Source: an uncultured Desulfarculus sp. | GTDB taxonomy: Bacteria; Desulfobacterota; Desulfarculia; Desulfarculales; Desulfarculaceae | Length of the DNA: 64,000 nt | Direction of reading: 5' to 3' | NCBI GenBank assembly: GCA_963665125.2 | Contig: CAXXUK010000001.1 | Coordinates: forward strand, 3,104,001-3,168,000 | Part shown: positions 1 to 10,702 of the stretch, in pieces | How positions within the stretch are numbered: the stretch's first letter is position 1 | How the letters are laid out: every line of letters starts with the position of its first letter | Translations under genes and position numbers: made by a program | The notes under the pieces: generated by a model | The model's input: only the letters and a program-made list of their open reading frames with translations | What the model was told of the DNA's origin: nothing | Database searches by the model: none

Positions 1-2
1 AA

Positions 3-1628
<1,626 letters not shown>

Positions 1629-1662
1629 GCCGTTAGCTGCTACAAAGCCTGATAATCAAATC

Positions 1663-1697
1663 AAGGCCGCGGTCCCTGTAAAGGGGCCACGGCCTTT
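1663..1697 (+). terminator. Intrinsic terminator-like hairpin after groEL, probably bidirectional
   Basis: AAGGCCGCGGTCCCT-gtaa-AGGGGCCACGGCCTTT inverted repeat between convergent genes. Confidence 0.7.
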
Positions 1698-1715
1698 GAC
1701 TTATAAAATTAAGAG

Positions 1716-2348
1716 TTAAATTCGCACCGTGCGGACCTCGTCGGCGTGTGCTTTAAGAACGTTCTGAACGTTGCCCAAATCCAGCATCACCACGTGAATG
1801 CCCTCTCTCCTGGCAAATTTCATAGCTGGTACAAAGTCTGAATCATTAGTTGATAATATGATTTTATCGACGATCCGCTTTGCTGCTAACCACGCAATGT
1901 CCAGGCCAATTTTTATATCAACGGCCTTCTGCCTGAAGACAGGCACCACCTCGCTCTCAGAAATGGGAGGTATGCTTTGTCCGTTTTGTGACATCTCACA
2001 GATTTTTTTAAATGCAGATTTATTGATAGCCCAATTTTCAAACTGTAATTGACCGGATCTGAAAGCAAAATTATCTTTGGTCTCCAATGTCGAAATCATT
2101 GTACTGCTGTGTTTATATTGATTTGTTTGGTTAAATCTGACATCTCTTCCAGAAATTGGGTTACGCCTCTGATCACCAAAAGGACGACTGTCATAGTAGT
2201 AAATCCTAAACAACTCTTCTCCATCTTTAACACTTAATTTGGCGTATTTTTCGATGTCTTCCGCACTTGCCTTCTTATTTCCCAACAAGGGATATAAAGA
2301 AAATCTGACATGCCCACCATCCAACAAAACAGCTACTTTTTTCTTCAA
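1716..2348 (-). CDS. NYN domain (PIN-like, LabA/DUF88) putative ribonuclease
   Basis: Motifs VAVLLDGG, RIYYYD, QKAVDIKIGLD, DSDFVPAMKFARREG. Probable TTG start at 2348 behind a GGGGA RBS; the track's ATG at 2408 lies inside the leader. Visibly AT-rich. Confidence 0.9.
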   Translation of the reverse strand: MKKKVAVLLDGGHVRFSLYPLLGNKKASAEDIEKYAKLSVKDGEELFRIYYYDSRPFGDQRRNPISGRDVRFNQTNQYKHSSTMISTLETKDNFAFRSGQLQFENWAINKSAFKKICEMSQNGQSIPPISESEVVPVFRQKAVDIKIGLDIAWLAAKRIVDKIILSTNDSDFVPAMKFARREGIHVVMLDLGNVQNVLKAHADEVRTVRI

Positions 2349-2435
2349 AGCTAATCCCCCTAAAGCAGAACCCCCAGACCGCCGAAGCGACCTGAGGGCT
2401 ATTTTCATGCCGGCCTACCGGCGTTGGATACTTTT

Positions 2436-2467
2436 TCATCATGTCATCATGTCATCATGTCATCATG
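2436..2467. repeat. Perfect tandem repeat (TCATCATG)x4
   Basis: Read directly from the sequence. Confidence 0.97.
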
Positions 2468-2471
2468 TATG

Positions 2472-2500
2472 AAAATACAACACTGCCTAGGTGTTGTCAA
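2472..2500 (-). promoter_or_regulatory. Sigma-70 promoter for the NYN gene with an overlapping palindromic operator
   Basis: Minus strand TTGACA-17 nt-TATTTT; inverted repeat ACAACAC-N7-GTGTTGT at 2477-2497. Confidence 0.6.
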
Positions 2501-2556
2501 TGCCAACAAACAATAAACAGCATAGCCCTATATTTAGTATAACTAACTGAAAACAT

Positions 2557-2615
2557 TGGTCAGCAGCAAGAGATTCGAACCCGAAACCTACGGATTAGGA
2601 GTCCATTGCTTTGCC
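2557..2615 (-). pseudogene. Degenerate 3' fragment of tRNA-Arg(CCT), probable att-site relic
   Basis: Minus strand GGCAAAGCA-ATGGA-CTCCTAA-TCCGT-AGGTT-TCGGG-TTCGAAT-CTCTT-GCTGCTG-ACCA. Anticodon arm, T-loop and ACCA are present; the T-stem is mispaired and there is no 5' acceptor strand. Confidence 0.7.
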
Positions 2616-3031
2616 TAAACGCCTGTTTGCTCCATCCAAAGGGCTCCTGAACGCGGCGATTAGTAAAATAAAATCATGCTAACCGACAAACGGTGACGAC
2701 GCACGTCACAGGGCTCGGGCCTGGATTTAGCCGAAATTAAAAACTGGCACCCATGTCCTTAAAAACCGGGCCGCAGCCTCTTAATTTTAATCCCTCCGGT
2801 GCCATCCGGCCGCAAGCACTCCGCCTTGAAAAAAATTAACACTTGAAATCATTTTTTCCCTGGAACAACCTAGTAAATAGCTAATGATTCCCCCAACAGT
2901 CGTCCAACAGAAATCACACAGTTTTAGCTCGGCCTTATTATTTTTAATAGATATCATTAGCAAATATCATTGATTTCTCACCCCGAATCACCAGAAACCT
3001 GAATTAACGATGTGTAATGGAGAGAGAAACC

Positions 3032-4543
3032 ATGTCTGAAAAGAAAAAAACCCTCACGACTGCCTTTGGCATACCCGTGGGCGACGACCTCAACAGTCTC
3101 ACGGCCGGTCCTCGGGGGCCGGTATTGATGCAGGACATGCACCTGCTGGAGAAGCTGGCCCATTTCGATCGCGAACGCATTCCCGAAAGGGTGGTGCACG
3201 CCAAGGGGGCCGGAGCATACGGCTACTTTGAAGTCACCGCCGATGTAACCAAGTGGACCAAGGCGAAATTTCTATCAAAAGTCGGCAAACGCACCGATGT
3301 CTTCGCCCGATTTTCCACTGTGGGCGGCGAAAAGGGCTCTCCCGACGCAGCCCGGGATCCACGCGGGTTTGCGGTGAAGTTTTATACCGAAGAAGGCAAC
3401 TACGACTTTGTGGGCAACAACACCCCGGTGTTCTTCATCCGCGACCCACTGAAGTTCCCAGACTTTATTCATACGCAAAAACGGCACCCGGCCACCAACT
3501 GCCCGGACCCCGACATGTTCTGGGATTTCCTGTCGCTAACCCCGGAATCGGTGCACCAGGTAACGATCCTGTTTTCGGACAGGGGCACCCCGGCCACCTA
3601 CCGCAACATGAACGGCTACTCCAGCCACACCTACAAATGGTACAACGCCGACGGCGGCTACGTATGGGTGCAGTACCATTTCAAGACGGATCAGGGCGTC
3701 AAGAACTTTGACCGGCACCAGGCCGACGAAATGAAGAGCAAGGATCCCGACCACGCCACCAGGGATCTTTACCGGGCCATAGAGGCGGGGGACCATCCAT
3801 CGTGGACCCTGGAAATGCAGATTCTCACACCGGAGCAGGAAAAGGACTTTGGCTGGGACATCATGGATATCACCAAGGTCTGGCCCCATGGCGAGGTGCC
3901 GCCGATCACCGTGGGCAAACTTGTCCTCAACCGCAACCCGGTCAATTACTTCGCCGAGGTAGAGCAGGCGGCCTTCTGCCCCGGCAATGTCGTTCCGGGC
4001 ATTGCCCTGAGTCCTGATAAAATGCTCCAGGCCAGGGCGTTTTCCTATCATGACACCCATATCCACCGCCTGGGCCCCAACTATCACCTCATCCCGGTGA
4101 ATCAGTCCAAGGGCGCGCCGGAAACGAGCTACCAGCGCGATGCGTTCATGCGAACCGATGACGGCGGAGGCTCCGGTCCCAACTACTGGCCCAACAGCTT
4201 TGGCGGTCCCGGCCCCGACCCGGCGGCTCTGGAACCGGCCATACCGCTGGAAGGCCCGGCCGCCCGGACCCCCTATCCGCACCCCAACGATGATTTCGTG
4301 CAGGCGGGCAACCTGTTCCGCAAGGTGATGACCGATTACGATAGGGACAATCTCGTCGGAAACATTGTCAGCCATCTGGGCGGAGCCCAAAAACGCATCC
4401 AACTGCGGCAATGCGCTGTATTTTACAAGGCAGATGAACAATACGGATCAAGGGTGGCCCAGGGGCTGGACCTCGACTTGGCCGAGGTGAAAAAGCTGGC
4501 CGCCATGTCCCAGGAAGACAGAAGAGCGGCCACGGCCGCATAG
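3032..4543 (+). CDS. katA: Monofunctional heme catalase
   Basis: [17 protein letters not shown] active-site signature; RAFSYHDT proximal Tyr motif. Confidence 0.97.
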   Translation: MSEKKKTLTTAFGIPVGDDLNSLTAGPRGPVLMQDMHLLEKLAHFDRERIPERVVHAKGAGAYGYFEVTADVTKWTKAKFLSKVGKRTDVFARFSTVGGEKGSPDAARDPRGFAVKFYTEEGNYDFVGNNTPVFFIRDPLKFPDFIHTQKRHPATNCPDPDMFWDFLSLTPESVHQVTILFSDRGTPATYRNMNGYSSHTYKWYNADGGYVWVQYHFKTDQGVKNFDRHQADEMKSKDPDHATRDLYRAIEAGDHPSWTLEMQILTPEQEKDFGWDIMDITKVWPHGEVPPITVGKLVLNRNPVNYFAEVEQAAFCPGNVVPGIALSPDKMLQARAFSYHDTHIHRLGPNYHLIPVNQSKGAPETSYQRDAFMRTDDGGGSGPNYWPNSFGGPGPDPAALEPAIPLEGPAARTPYPHPNDDFVQAGNLFRKVMTDYDRDNLVGNIVSHLGGAQKRIQLRQCAVFYKADEQYGSRVAQGLDLDLAEVKKLAAMSQEDRRAATAA

Positions 4544-4559
4544 GCCGACGGAAAAAGAG

Positions 4560-4585
4560 AGGGCGGCCCGCGACCGGGCCGCCCT
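4560..4585. terminator. Hairpin between convergent katA and Cache-domain genes
   Basis: AGGGCGGCCCG-cgac-CGGGCCGCCCT. Confidence 0.7.
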
Positions 4586-4608
4586 AATAAATTTTACACG
4601 CTTGTTTG

Positions 4609-5523
4609 TCAGTCCTGCCGGTAATAGCCGCTGGCCACGATCAACAGCTCGCCGTCGACCGCGACGCCCATGCAAAAAGTGTATTTATGGAAATACCCGT
4701 TCTGGCCGGGCTTGGTCCAAATATAGCTGACCCATCCGCCGCCACGTTCCTTGGCGAGCTTCACCATTTCCTGCACGACGTTTTTCCCGTCGACGCTCTT
4801 GTAGCCCCAGACGTTTTTCCCGACGATCTGCGGCGTTCCGGGATTGCATAGCTCCAGGCCTTTTTCTGTCATGACAAAGACATAAATATCCCTGAATTGA
4901 TATTTTGATGACTTGTCGTTCAATGTTTCAAAGGCCTTTTTACCGTTCTTTTTGATCAAGGCCACCGCATTTTTTACAAGATCTTCAATAAAGATTTTTT
5001 CTATCTTCAGGTCGTAGGCGCCGCTGGCGACTATATACTGTTTGCCGTGCGGCCCGGTCACCAATACGGCATACGAGGTTTTCCATTCCGGCTCCGTTGA
5101 ACCCGGCCGGGGCCACAAATAATGGATCCATCCCTCATCTTTTCCGTTTTTGCCGGGCTTCAGGCTGTCAACATTCAATTGTACAATGGGTTTGCCCCAG
5201 GAGTCCTGAACTTGCCACAGGGATTTGCCAATGGCGTCAGGAAACGGCGGGTTGACCAAGGCCAATCCGTCAACCATGGTCACGAAAACATATCTGTCGC
5301 CGTTGTACCATTTGCCCCCTTTTTTATTGAGTTCGGGGAAGCAAGCCTCGCCTTTTTGGGCCACCAAGTCCGCCGCTGAACGGACAAAAGCCACCAGTTC
5401 CCTTGTACTGGCAAATTCATATTTTTCACCGGCATCGTCCGCGCAAACAGGGGACGCCAGGCAGAGCACCCCCCAAACTATCAACAAGCCGTATTTAATA
5501 AAAATATTCAAAGTTCGAACCAT
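4609..5523 (-). CDS. Periplasmic protein with two tandem single-Cache domains
   Basis: Signal peptide; two repeats of the YVFV...G.GW..Y.W..PG...K......ASG.Y Cache pattern. Confidence 0.85.
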   Translation of the reverse strand: MVRTLNIFIKYGLLIVWGVLCLASPVCADDAGEKYEFASTRELVAFVRSAADLVAQKGEACFPELNKKGGKWYNGDRYVFVTMVDGLALVNPPFPDAIGKSLWQVQDSWGKPIVQLNVDSLKPGKNGKDEGWIHYLWPRPGSTEPEWKTSYAVLVTGPHGKQYIVASGAYDLKIEKIFIEDLVKNAVALIKKNGKKAFETLNDKSSKYQFRDIYVFVMTEKGLELCNPGTPQIVGKNVWGYKSVDGKNVVQEMVKLAKERGGGWVSYIWTKPGQNGYFHKYTFCMGVAVDGELLIVASGYYRQD

Positions 5524-5636
5524 GGTAAGTTAGCGTGTTATTGAACAATAATTCATACCATATCGCATGTATCTGAGAAACGCTTAAGCGCCTTTATTTT
5601 TTAACGCGCAATGGCGGCGCAACCGCCGAAAAAAGC

Positions 5637-6101
5637 CTAGTCTCGTTTGCCACTCAACTGGCTTCGTATCTGCTCCAGCCGGTTGCGATTGACCTTAAAG
5701 TCATAATATCCGACCCGGGCGGCGCTTCTGACGTGAACCATATTGTTTGAAGAATCAACAAGGAACTCCAAATCATCAACAAACCCGAAAACCCTGCTGG
5801 AACATTGGGCGTGGAGATAATTATCATTTTTAATGATGGTTTTGCATCCTGGCATGCCGCTGACGACCCTGTCGATTTCGGTAATAGTCTCGCCGGGGTC
5901 TCCGGAACAGGCAAGCGGGTCGATGTATTGGCCGGGGTCTGTTGCCTGTGAGCTTACGCAATTTGGGCGGTCGGGGCACGGAGCCAGTTTGCCGTTACGG
6001 GCTCCCAGGTTTTCCGGCTTGGTTCCCGCGCATCCGGCCAGGCAAAGGGCCGCCACCAACAACCCAATGCATATTGCCCCAAAAAACAAAATACGCACCA
6101 T
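5637..6101 (-). CDS. DUF1499 family lipoprotein
   Basis: LAGC lipobox; LAPCPDRPNCVSSQ, FGFVDDLEF and VHVRSAARVG motifs. Confidence 0.9.
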   Translation of the reverse strand: MVRILFFGAICIGLLVAALCLAGCAGTKPENLGARNGKLAPCPDRPNCVSSQATDPGQYIDPLACSGDPGETITEIDRVVSGMPGCKTIIKNDNYLHAQCSSRVFGFVDDLEFLVDSSNNMVHVRSAARVGYYDFKVNRNRLEQIRSQLSGKRD

Positions 6102-6111
6102 GTATCACACC

Positions 6112-6801
6112 TCAATAGGCGCCGAGGTTTGCCGCCATTTGCTGGCGCATAAACGCCGCCGCCGATTCGGCCGGAGTGAAAACACCGTAGTGGCCCTCGC
6201 AGAGAATATCCGCTTCAAGGGCCATCAACTTTTTCATGCTTTGTTCGTATTGGCCTAGGTCCGAGCCAAAATCCCGGAAAAACGGGCCGTGCAGGTCCTG
6301 GCCGAAAAGCACCTTTTGCTGTCCGGTCTCCAGCCAGGCGCAGACCGAACCGGGAGTATGCCCGGGAGTGTGCATTATGTTTAAGGTTGTTTCACCCATA
6401 TCAATCTGGGAGTCGCCATTGAGCAGACGGTCCGGCTGTAGAGGAGGCAACTGCATGTTGTACCACCCCGCCGCGCTGCGAACGGGATCGCCGTTGGCCA
6501 GGACATCCGCCTCGGCCGAATGCACCAGGACTTCGCATCCGCAGGCCCGCTTGATTTCCGCCGCGCCTCCGGCGTGATCTATATGGCAATGCGTCAGCAG
6601 CAGATGGGTGGGCGGACCGCCCCCGGCATCCGTGGCCAGCTTGAGAATGCGTGCAGCACTGGGTCCACAGCCGCAATCAATGAGAATTCTTGCCTTGGAA
6701 CCCGACGTGAGGTAGCACAAGCAGTCTCTGGAGTCGCTCAACTCCGGGCCGCCTACCATGTAGACGCCCGGTGCGATGTTTTGGGCTTTATAAGCGAACA
6801 T
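6112..6801 (-). CDS. Metallo-beta-lactamase-fold hydrolase
   Basis: THCHIDHAGG, TPGHTPG and CEGH motifs. Confidence 0.9.
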   Translation of the reverse strand: MFAYKAQNIAPGVYMVGGPELSDSRDCLCYLTSGSKARILIDCGCGPSAARILKLATDAGGGPPTHLLLTHCHIDHAGGAAEIKRACGCEVLVHSAEADVLANGDPVRSAAGWYNMQLPPLQPDRLLNGDSQIDMGETTLNIMHTPGHTPGSVCAWLETGQQKVLFGQDLHGPFFRDFGSDLGQYEQSMKKLMALEADILCEGHYGVFTPAESAAAFMRQQMAANLGAY

Positions 6802-6885
6802 GCACCATCACCGATGTAGGGGAACTTCTAGTAAAAGGGTAGCATGATTATCGGCAAAGGGAACACAACAAACAGCAGGAATAAC

Positions 6886-6927
6886 CGGTCCGGCGCTCCA
6901 TGAGATTCCGGGGCGCCGGACCGTTTT
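6886..6927. terminator. Hairpin downstream of the M16 peptidase gene
   Basis: CGGTCCGGCGCTCC...GGGGCGCCGGACCG followed by TTTT. Confidence 0.55.
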
Positions 6928-6939
6928 GATTCGGTTTTT

Positions 6940-9558
6940 CTAACGACCCAAAGTCAGCCGGGCCATGTGTTCGGCGGAGAGGAACTCCGACGCCACCCGG
7001 CGCACCTGTTCGGCGGTGACGGCCTTTATCCGCTCCGGCGCGTTCAGGTAATCCTGCCAGCCCAGTCCCATCAGTTCGTCCATGGTCATAACCATGGCCT
7101 GGGCCGAGTAGGTTTGCAGGGATATGGCGCGGCTGCCCAGCAAATAGGCCTTGGCCCGCTCCATCTCCTCCGGTGACAGATCGTCTTTGATGATCCGGTT
7201 GATATGCTCCTCCAGACCGCTGACGGCTTCCTTTTCCTTGCCCGGCCCCACGGCCATGTAAAAGCCGAAGGCCCCCACATGCCAGGCCTCGGTGTAAAAC
7301 GGCTGCACGGCATAGGCCAACGAACGTTCGTCGCGCAGATCGCGGAACAGACGCCCGCCCTGGCCGCCCAGGACGGCTTCCAGGATGTTCAGGGCAAAGC
7401 GTCGGGGATCGGTGGAGTCGGGCGCTATGAAGCCCAGGATGATCTGGGTCTGCTGGACCTTGGGGTCCTTGATTGCGGCCATTTGCGGTTTAGACAGGGG
7501 CGGCACTTGGGACGCATCCACGGCCTGGACCCTGCCGGTCTGGGAGCCCCAAAGCTCTTTGACCCGGTCCAGGGCGGCCTGGGAATCCACATCGCCGACA
7601 ATGGTCAGCACCAGGCCGCCGGGGCCTTGCAGTTTTTCGTGGGTGGCCAGCAGGCTGCGGCGGTTCAACGAGGCCAGGCTTTCGATGGTGCCCAGCATAT
7701 TCATGGCATAAGGATGCTTGCCGTATATAAGCGGCCGGAAGGCGTCGAACGCCCTGATCCAGGGTTTGTCCATCTGGGCCCGCAAAGCGGCGGCCTGTTC
7801 GGCCTTGGCCTTGGTAACCTCGGCCTCGGGGAAATCGGGCTTGAACCAGATTTCGGCCATCAGATCCAGGCCCTTTTGCCAGTCCCGGCTGAGGAAACCG
7901 CCGTTTATTCCGGCGCTGCCCTTGCCTGAAAATCCGCTGATGGACGCGGCCATGTCTTCCAGGGTAGCGCTGATCTCCAAAAAGCTGCGGCCCGCCGCGC
8001 CCCTGGTGATGGTGTTGGACCATAGTTGATAGATACCCGCCGTGGCCGGGGTCTCGGCCGACTGGCCGCCAGGGCCGGCCAGCACGACGCTGACCAGGGG
8101 AACGGCCCTGGCCGGTTTGATGATCACGGTGAGGCCGTTTGGCAAAACGGTCTTGAGGGGCTTGTCCCGGTCCGTGGCGGCCGCTGCGCTGATCTGGGCG
8201 TAGATGTCACCGGCCTTTTGGGCCAGGGCCACCTGGTCCGGCACTTCCGCGTCCTTGGGCACCTGGATGACCATGGTCAGGTTGGCCGGCCGCATGTATT
8301 TTTGGGCGGCTTCAGCCACCTGCCCGGCTCCCACGGCGCTGAAGTCGCGCACATAGTCGGCGGCCTTTTCATACCCGCCGCGCATCATCTCGAAATAACC
8401 AAGGGTGCTGGCCTGTCCGGCCATGGTCTGGCGGTCGCGGATGAACGACGCGGCGAGGTTTACCCTGGCCCTCTGCAATTCGCCGGCCTGGGGCGGCTGG
8501 CTGATCAGGCTCTGGCTCACTTTCAACATCTCGGGCCAGGCGGCTTGGACGTCTTCCGGCTTGAGGCTGGCCTCGGCCGTGAGCAGGCCCACCGTTTGGG
8601 GAGTGTAGGCCGACGACGAAACGCTGTCCGCCAGACCGGCCTTGTATTTAAGTTGCTCGTAAAGGCGGCTGGTTCGGCCGTCTCCCAGCACGGTGGCGGT
8701 CATATCCAGCGGAAAGACCTCGGGCGAGGGCAGCCCCGGTATGACCCAAGCCGCCGCCAAGGCGGCCTGGCGCACATTCTCATGCAGAATCACCAGACGC
8801 GGGCCCTTGCCGGTCTCCACGGGCGGAATTGTGAACACGGGCGGTTTTTGGGCCGACGCCCCGGCAAAGGCCTTTTTGATGCGCGGCAGCATCTCGGCGG
8901 TCTTGAAATCGCCCACCGCCACCACCACCATGCCCGGTCCGCGGTACCACTTGGCCCGGTAGTTGAGAATGTCCTGGCGACTGATGGCCCTGACGGATTT
9001 TTCCGTGCCGATCACCGGGCGGCCGTAGGGGTGGTCCTTGCCGAACGACGCGGCCAGCAGGGCCCTGGTCCTGCGGCGGGACGGATCGTCCTGGTTCATG
9101 CGGATCTCCTCGATGACCACCTCTTTTTCCCTGGCCAACTCCCCGGCGTCAAAGGAGGCGTTGACCACCGCGTCGGCCAGGATGTCCAGGGCCTCTCCGG
9201 AGTTCTGGCTGGCCGTGACCACGTAATAATTGGTGTGATCCAGGGTGGTGTAGGCGTTGACCTGGCCGCCCAGTGCCTCTATCTGGCGGGCCATCTGCCC
9301 GGCGGGCCGGCTGGGCGTGCCCTTGAAGATCATGTGCTCTATGAGGTGGGTGATGCCGTATTCGTGGGACTCTTCGTAGGCCGATCCGGCCCGGACCCAA
9401 ACCTGGACGGCCACCACCGGCGACTCGTGGTTCTCGGCGGTAATCACGGTCATGCCGTTGGGCAGCTTGTGGCGCTGGGGCGCGGCGGCCGCAATGGAAG
9501 CCGTGAGTAAAATCAGCATCAGGGCCAGCAGGGCCGCTTTCACCTTGGGCATAATCAA
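6940..9558 (-). CDS. M16 (pitrilysin/insulinase family) zinc peptidase, exported, two-module
   Basis: Inverted zinc motif HLIEH-MIFKGT; NAYT; duplicated LPNG(M/L)TVI modules; signal peptide. Confidence 0.95.
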   Translation of the reverse strand: MIMPKVKAALLALMLILLTASIAAAAPQRHKLPNGMTVITAENHESPVVAVQVWVRAGSAYEESHEYGITHLIEHMIFKGTPSRPAGQMARQIEALGGQVNAYTTLDHTNYYVVTASQNSGEALDILADAVVNASFDAGELAREKEVVIEEIRMNQDDPSRRRTRALLAASFGKDHPYGRPVIGTEKSVRAISRQDILNYRAKWYRGPGMVVVAVGDFKTAEMLPRIKKAFAGASAQKPPVFTIPPVETGKGPRLVILHENVRQAALAAAWVIPGLPSPEVFPLDMTATVLGDGRTSRLYEQLKYKAGLADSVSSSAYTPQTVGLLTAEASLKPEDVQAAWPEMLKVSQSLISQPPQAGELQRARVNLAASFIRDRQTMAGQASTLGYFEMMRGGYEKAADYVRDFSAVGAGQVAEAAQKYMRPANLTMVIQVPKDAEVPDQVALAQKAGDIYAQISAAAATDRDKPLKTVLPNGLTVIIKPARAVPLVSVVLAGPGGQSAETPATAGIYQLWSNTITRGAAGRSFLEISATLEDMAASISGFSGKGSAGINGGFLSRDWQKGLDLMAEIWFKPDFPEAEVTKAKAEQAAALRAQMDKPWIRAFDAFRPLIYGKHPYAMNMLGTIESLASLNRRSLLATHEKLQGPGGLVLTIVGDVDSQAALDRVKELWGSQTGRVQAVDASQVPPLSKPQMAAIKDPKVQQTQIILGFIAPDSTDPRRFALNILEAVLGGQGGRLFRDLRDERSLAYAVQPFYTEAWHVGAFGFYMAVGPGKEKEAVSGLEEHINRIIKDDLSPEEMERAKAYLLGSRAISLQTYSAQAMVMTMDELMGLGWQDYLNAPERIKAVTAEQVRRVASEFLSAEHMARLTLGR

Positions 9559-9714
9559 AGTCCTCCGTTGGTCGGGCCGGGCAAACGCCCGCCTTTGTTT
9601 TCTAATAGATTACGGCATAACCGCAGCTAAGCAAGCCAATCCCGCATTGTTAGGTTGACGAAAGCCTGCAAACGGAGCTTACCCCTCAGGCCTTGATTTT
9701 TTATCAGATGCGTT

Positions 9715-9797
9715 AGGGAAAGGTAAGTCCCGGGAAGGGGAGGCTTCCCGGGACTTGGGAGAGGTGGGAAGAAGAAGCGGATTGCTTCTGGCGCTGG
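9715..9797 (-). ncRNA. Candidate sigma-54-dependent small RNA of about 80 nt
   Basis: Lies downstream of a -24/-12 motif: short hairpin GAAGC-aatcc-GCTTC, CU-rich linker, 13-bp perfect stem with CCUCCC loop, pyrimidine tail; no convincing ORF. Confidence 0.5.
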
Positions 9798-9807
9798 TCT
9801 GGGATAC

Positions 9808-9823
9808 TGCAGGGGCCATGCCA
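9808..9823 (-). promoter_or_regulatory. Sigma-54 (-24/-12) promoter
   Basis: TGGCATGGCCCCTGCA (GG-N10-GC) compared with consensus TGGCACG-N4-TTGCW. Confidence 0.6.
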
Positions 9824-10028
9824 AAAACGGCCTAATCAAGATAACCATCGGATCTGATTAATTTTCCTTTTCTTTATCAACCATTTTAGTATGTTTTTAT
9901 CTGCGAATTTTTTATGCAGTGGGCACTTTTTGCGCCACCTTTTTTAGCACCCGGTGTTTGGCTGGACCATTTTCGATAGTTCATGGTAAAATTTTTAAGT
10001 AGACATAGATGCAACACCGTGGCGGAGG

Positions 10029-10361
10029 GTGCTTATGTCGCTGGATTATACTGAAATTTGCATTGGTTCGCCCAATATGGTCATCGATAAGCTTACCAAG
10101 CGGTTAGGCCAATTAAATTTTAGCAGCCGCAACTTACGTATAGGCATCACCGATGATCCGGACTATACGTTCAGGGAAATGGGCGGCCATGCCAACTGGG
10201 CTTTGATGAAACTTTTGTATGTGACCAGATCCTTTGCCAAAGCCCTGGAAATGAGCGATCTGCTACGTTCTTACGACGGTAAACTGTTCGTGAACGACGA
10301 ACAGGCCCAGCAGGCGGGGCCCCATTCAAACACCTATTACGCCTATGCCCTGATCCGTTAG
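10029..10361 (+). CDS. Hypothetical protein
   Basis: 110-aa ORF behind GGAGG RBS; RIGITDDP weakly recalls GIY-YIG-like small proteins. Confidence 0.65.
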   Translation: MLMSLDYTEICIGSPNMVIDKLTKRLGQLNFSSRNLRIGITDDPDYTFREMGGHANWALMKLLYVTRSFAKALEMSDLLRSYDGKLFVNDEQAQQAGPHSNTYYAYALIR

Positions 10362-10702
10362 GCCGCGCCAACCAAACAACTTCCCCAAAAGGAAAAGGCG
10401 TTACTATTTGGCATTTCCCTTTTTATTTTCAGGCAAATACCTAAAAACAGCCCGCATCCGATCGCATCCCGTCCAAACACCGGTTCAATTTTTTGCACCC
10501 ATTGCGGCGAACCATATCCGGCCATTGGGCCAGACCACCGGCTGTTGCCCGGTGACCGGAAAACAATGTATTGCCCAGGCAAAGCCATGGGTTGCCTTTC
10601 GTTCGGCCAAGCGATAGTATTGCTGATCGTCTCCGCCCAAATAATGGACGGACAATTTTTTGTACGCACCCTGCGGCCTCGCCGCGCAAACAGGTATTTG
10701 TC

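Noticed and set aside
2930..2980. Possible OxyR/PerR site upstream of katA (ATATCATT twice)
   Set aside because: Only a partial match to either consensus in AT-rich DNA; cannot be supported.
9627..9848. 73-aa minus-strand ORF over the candidate sRNA
   Set aside because: Pro-rich translation of a hairpin, no homology cues; the non-coding reading fits better.
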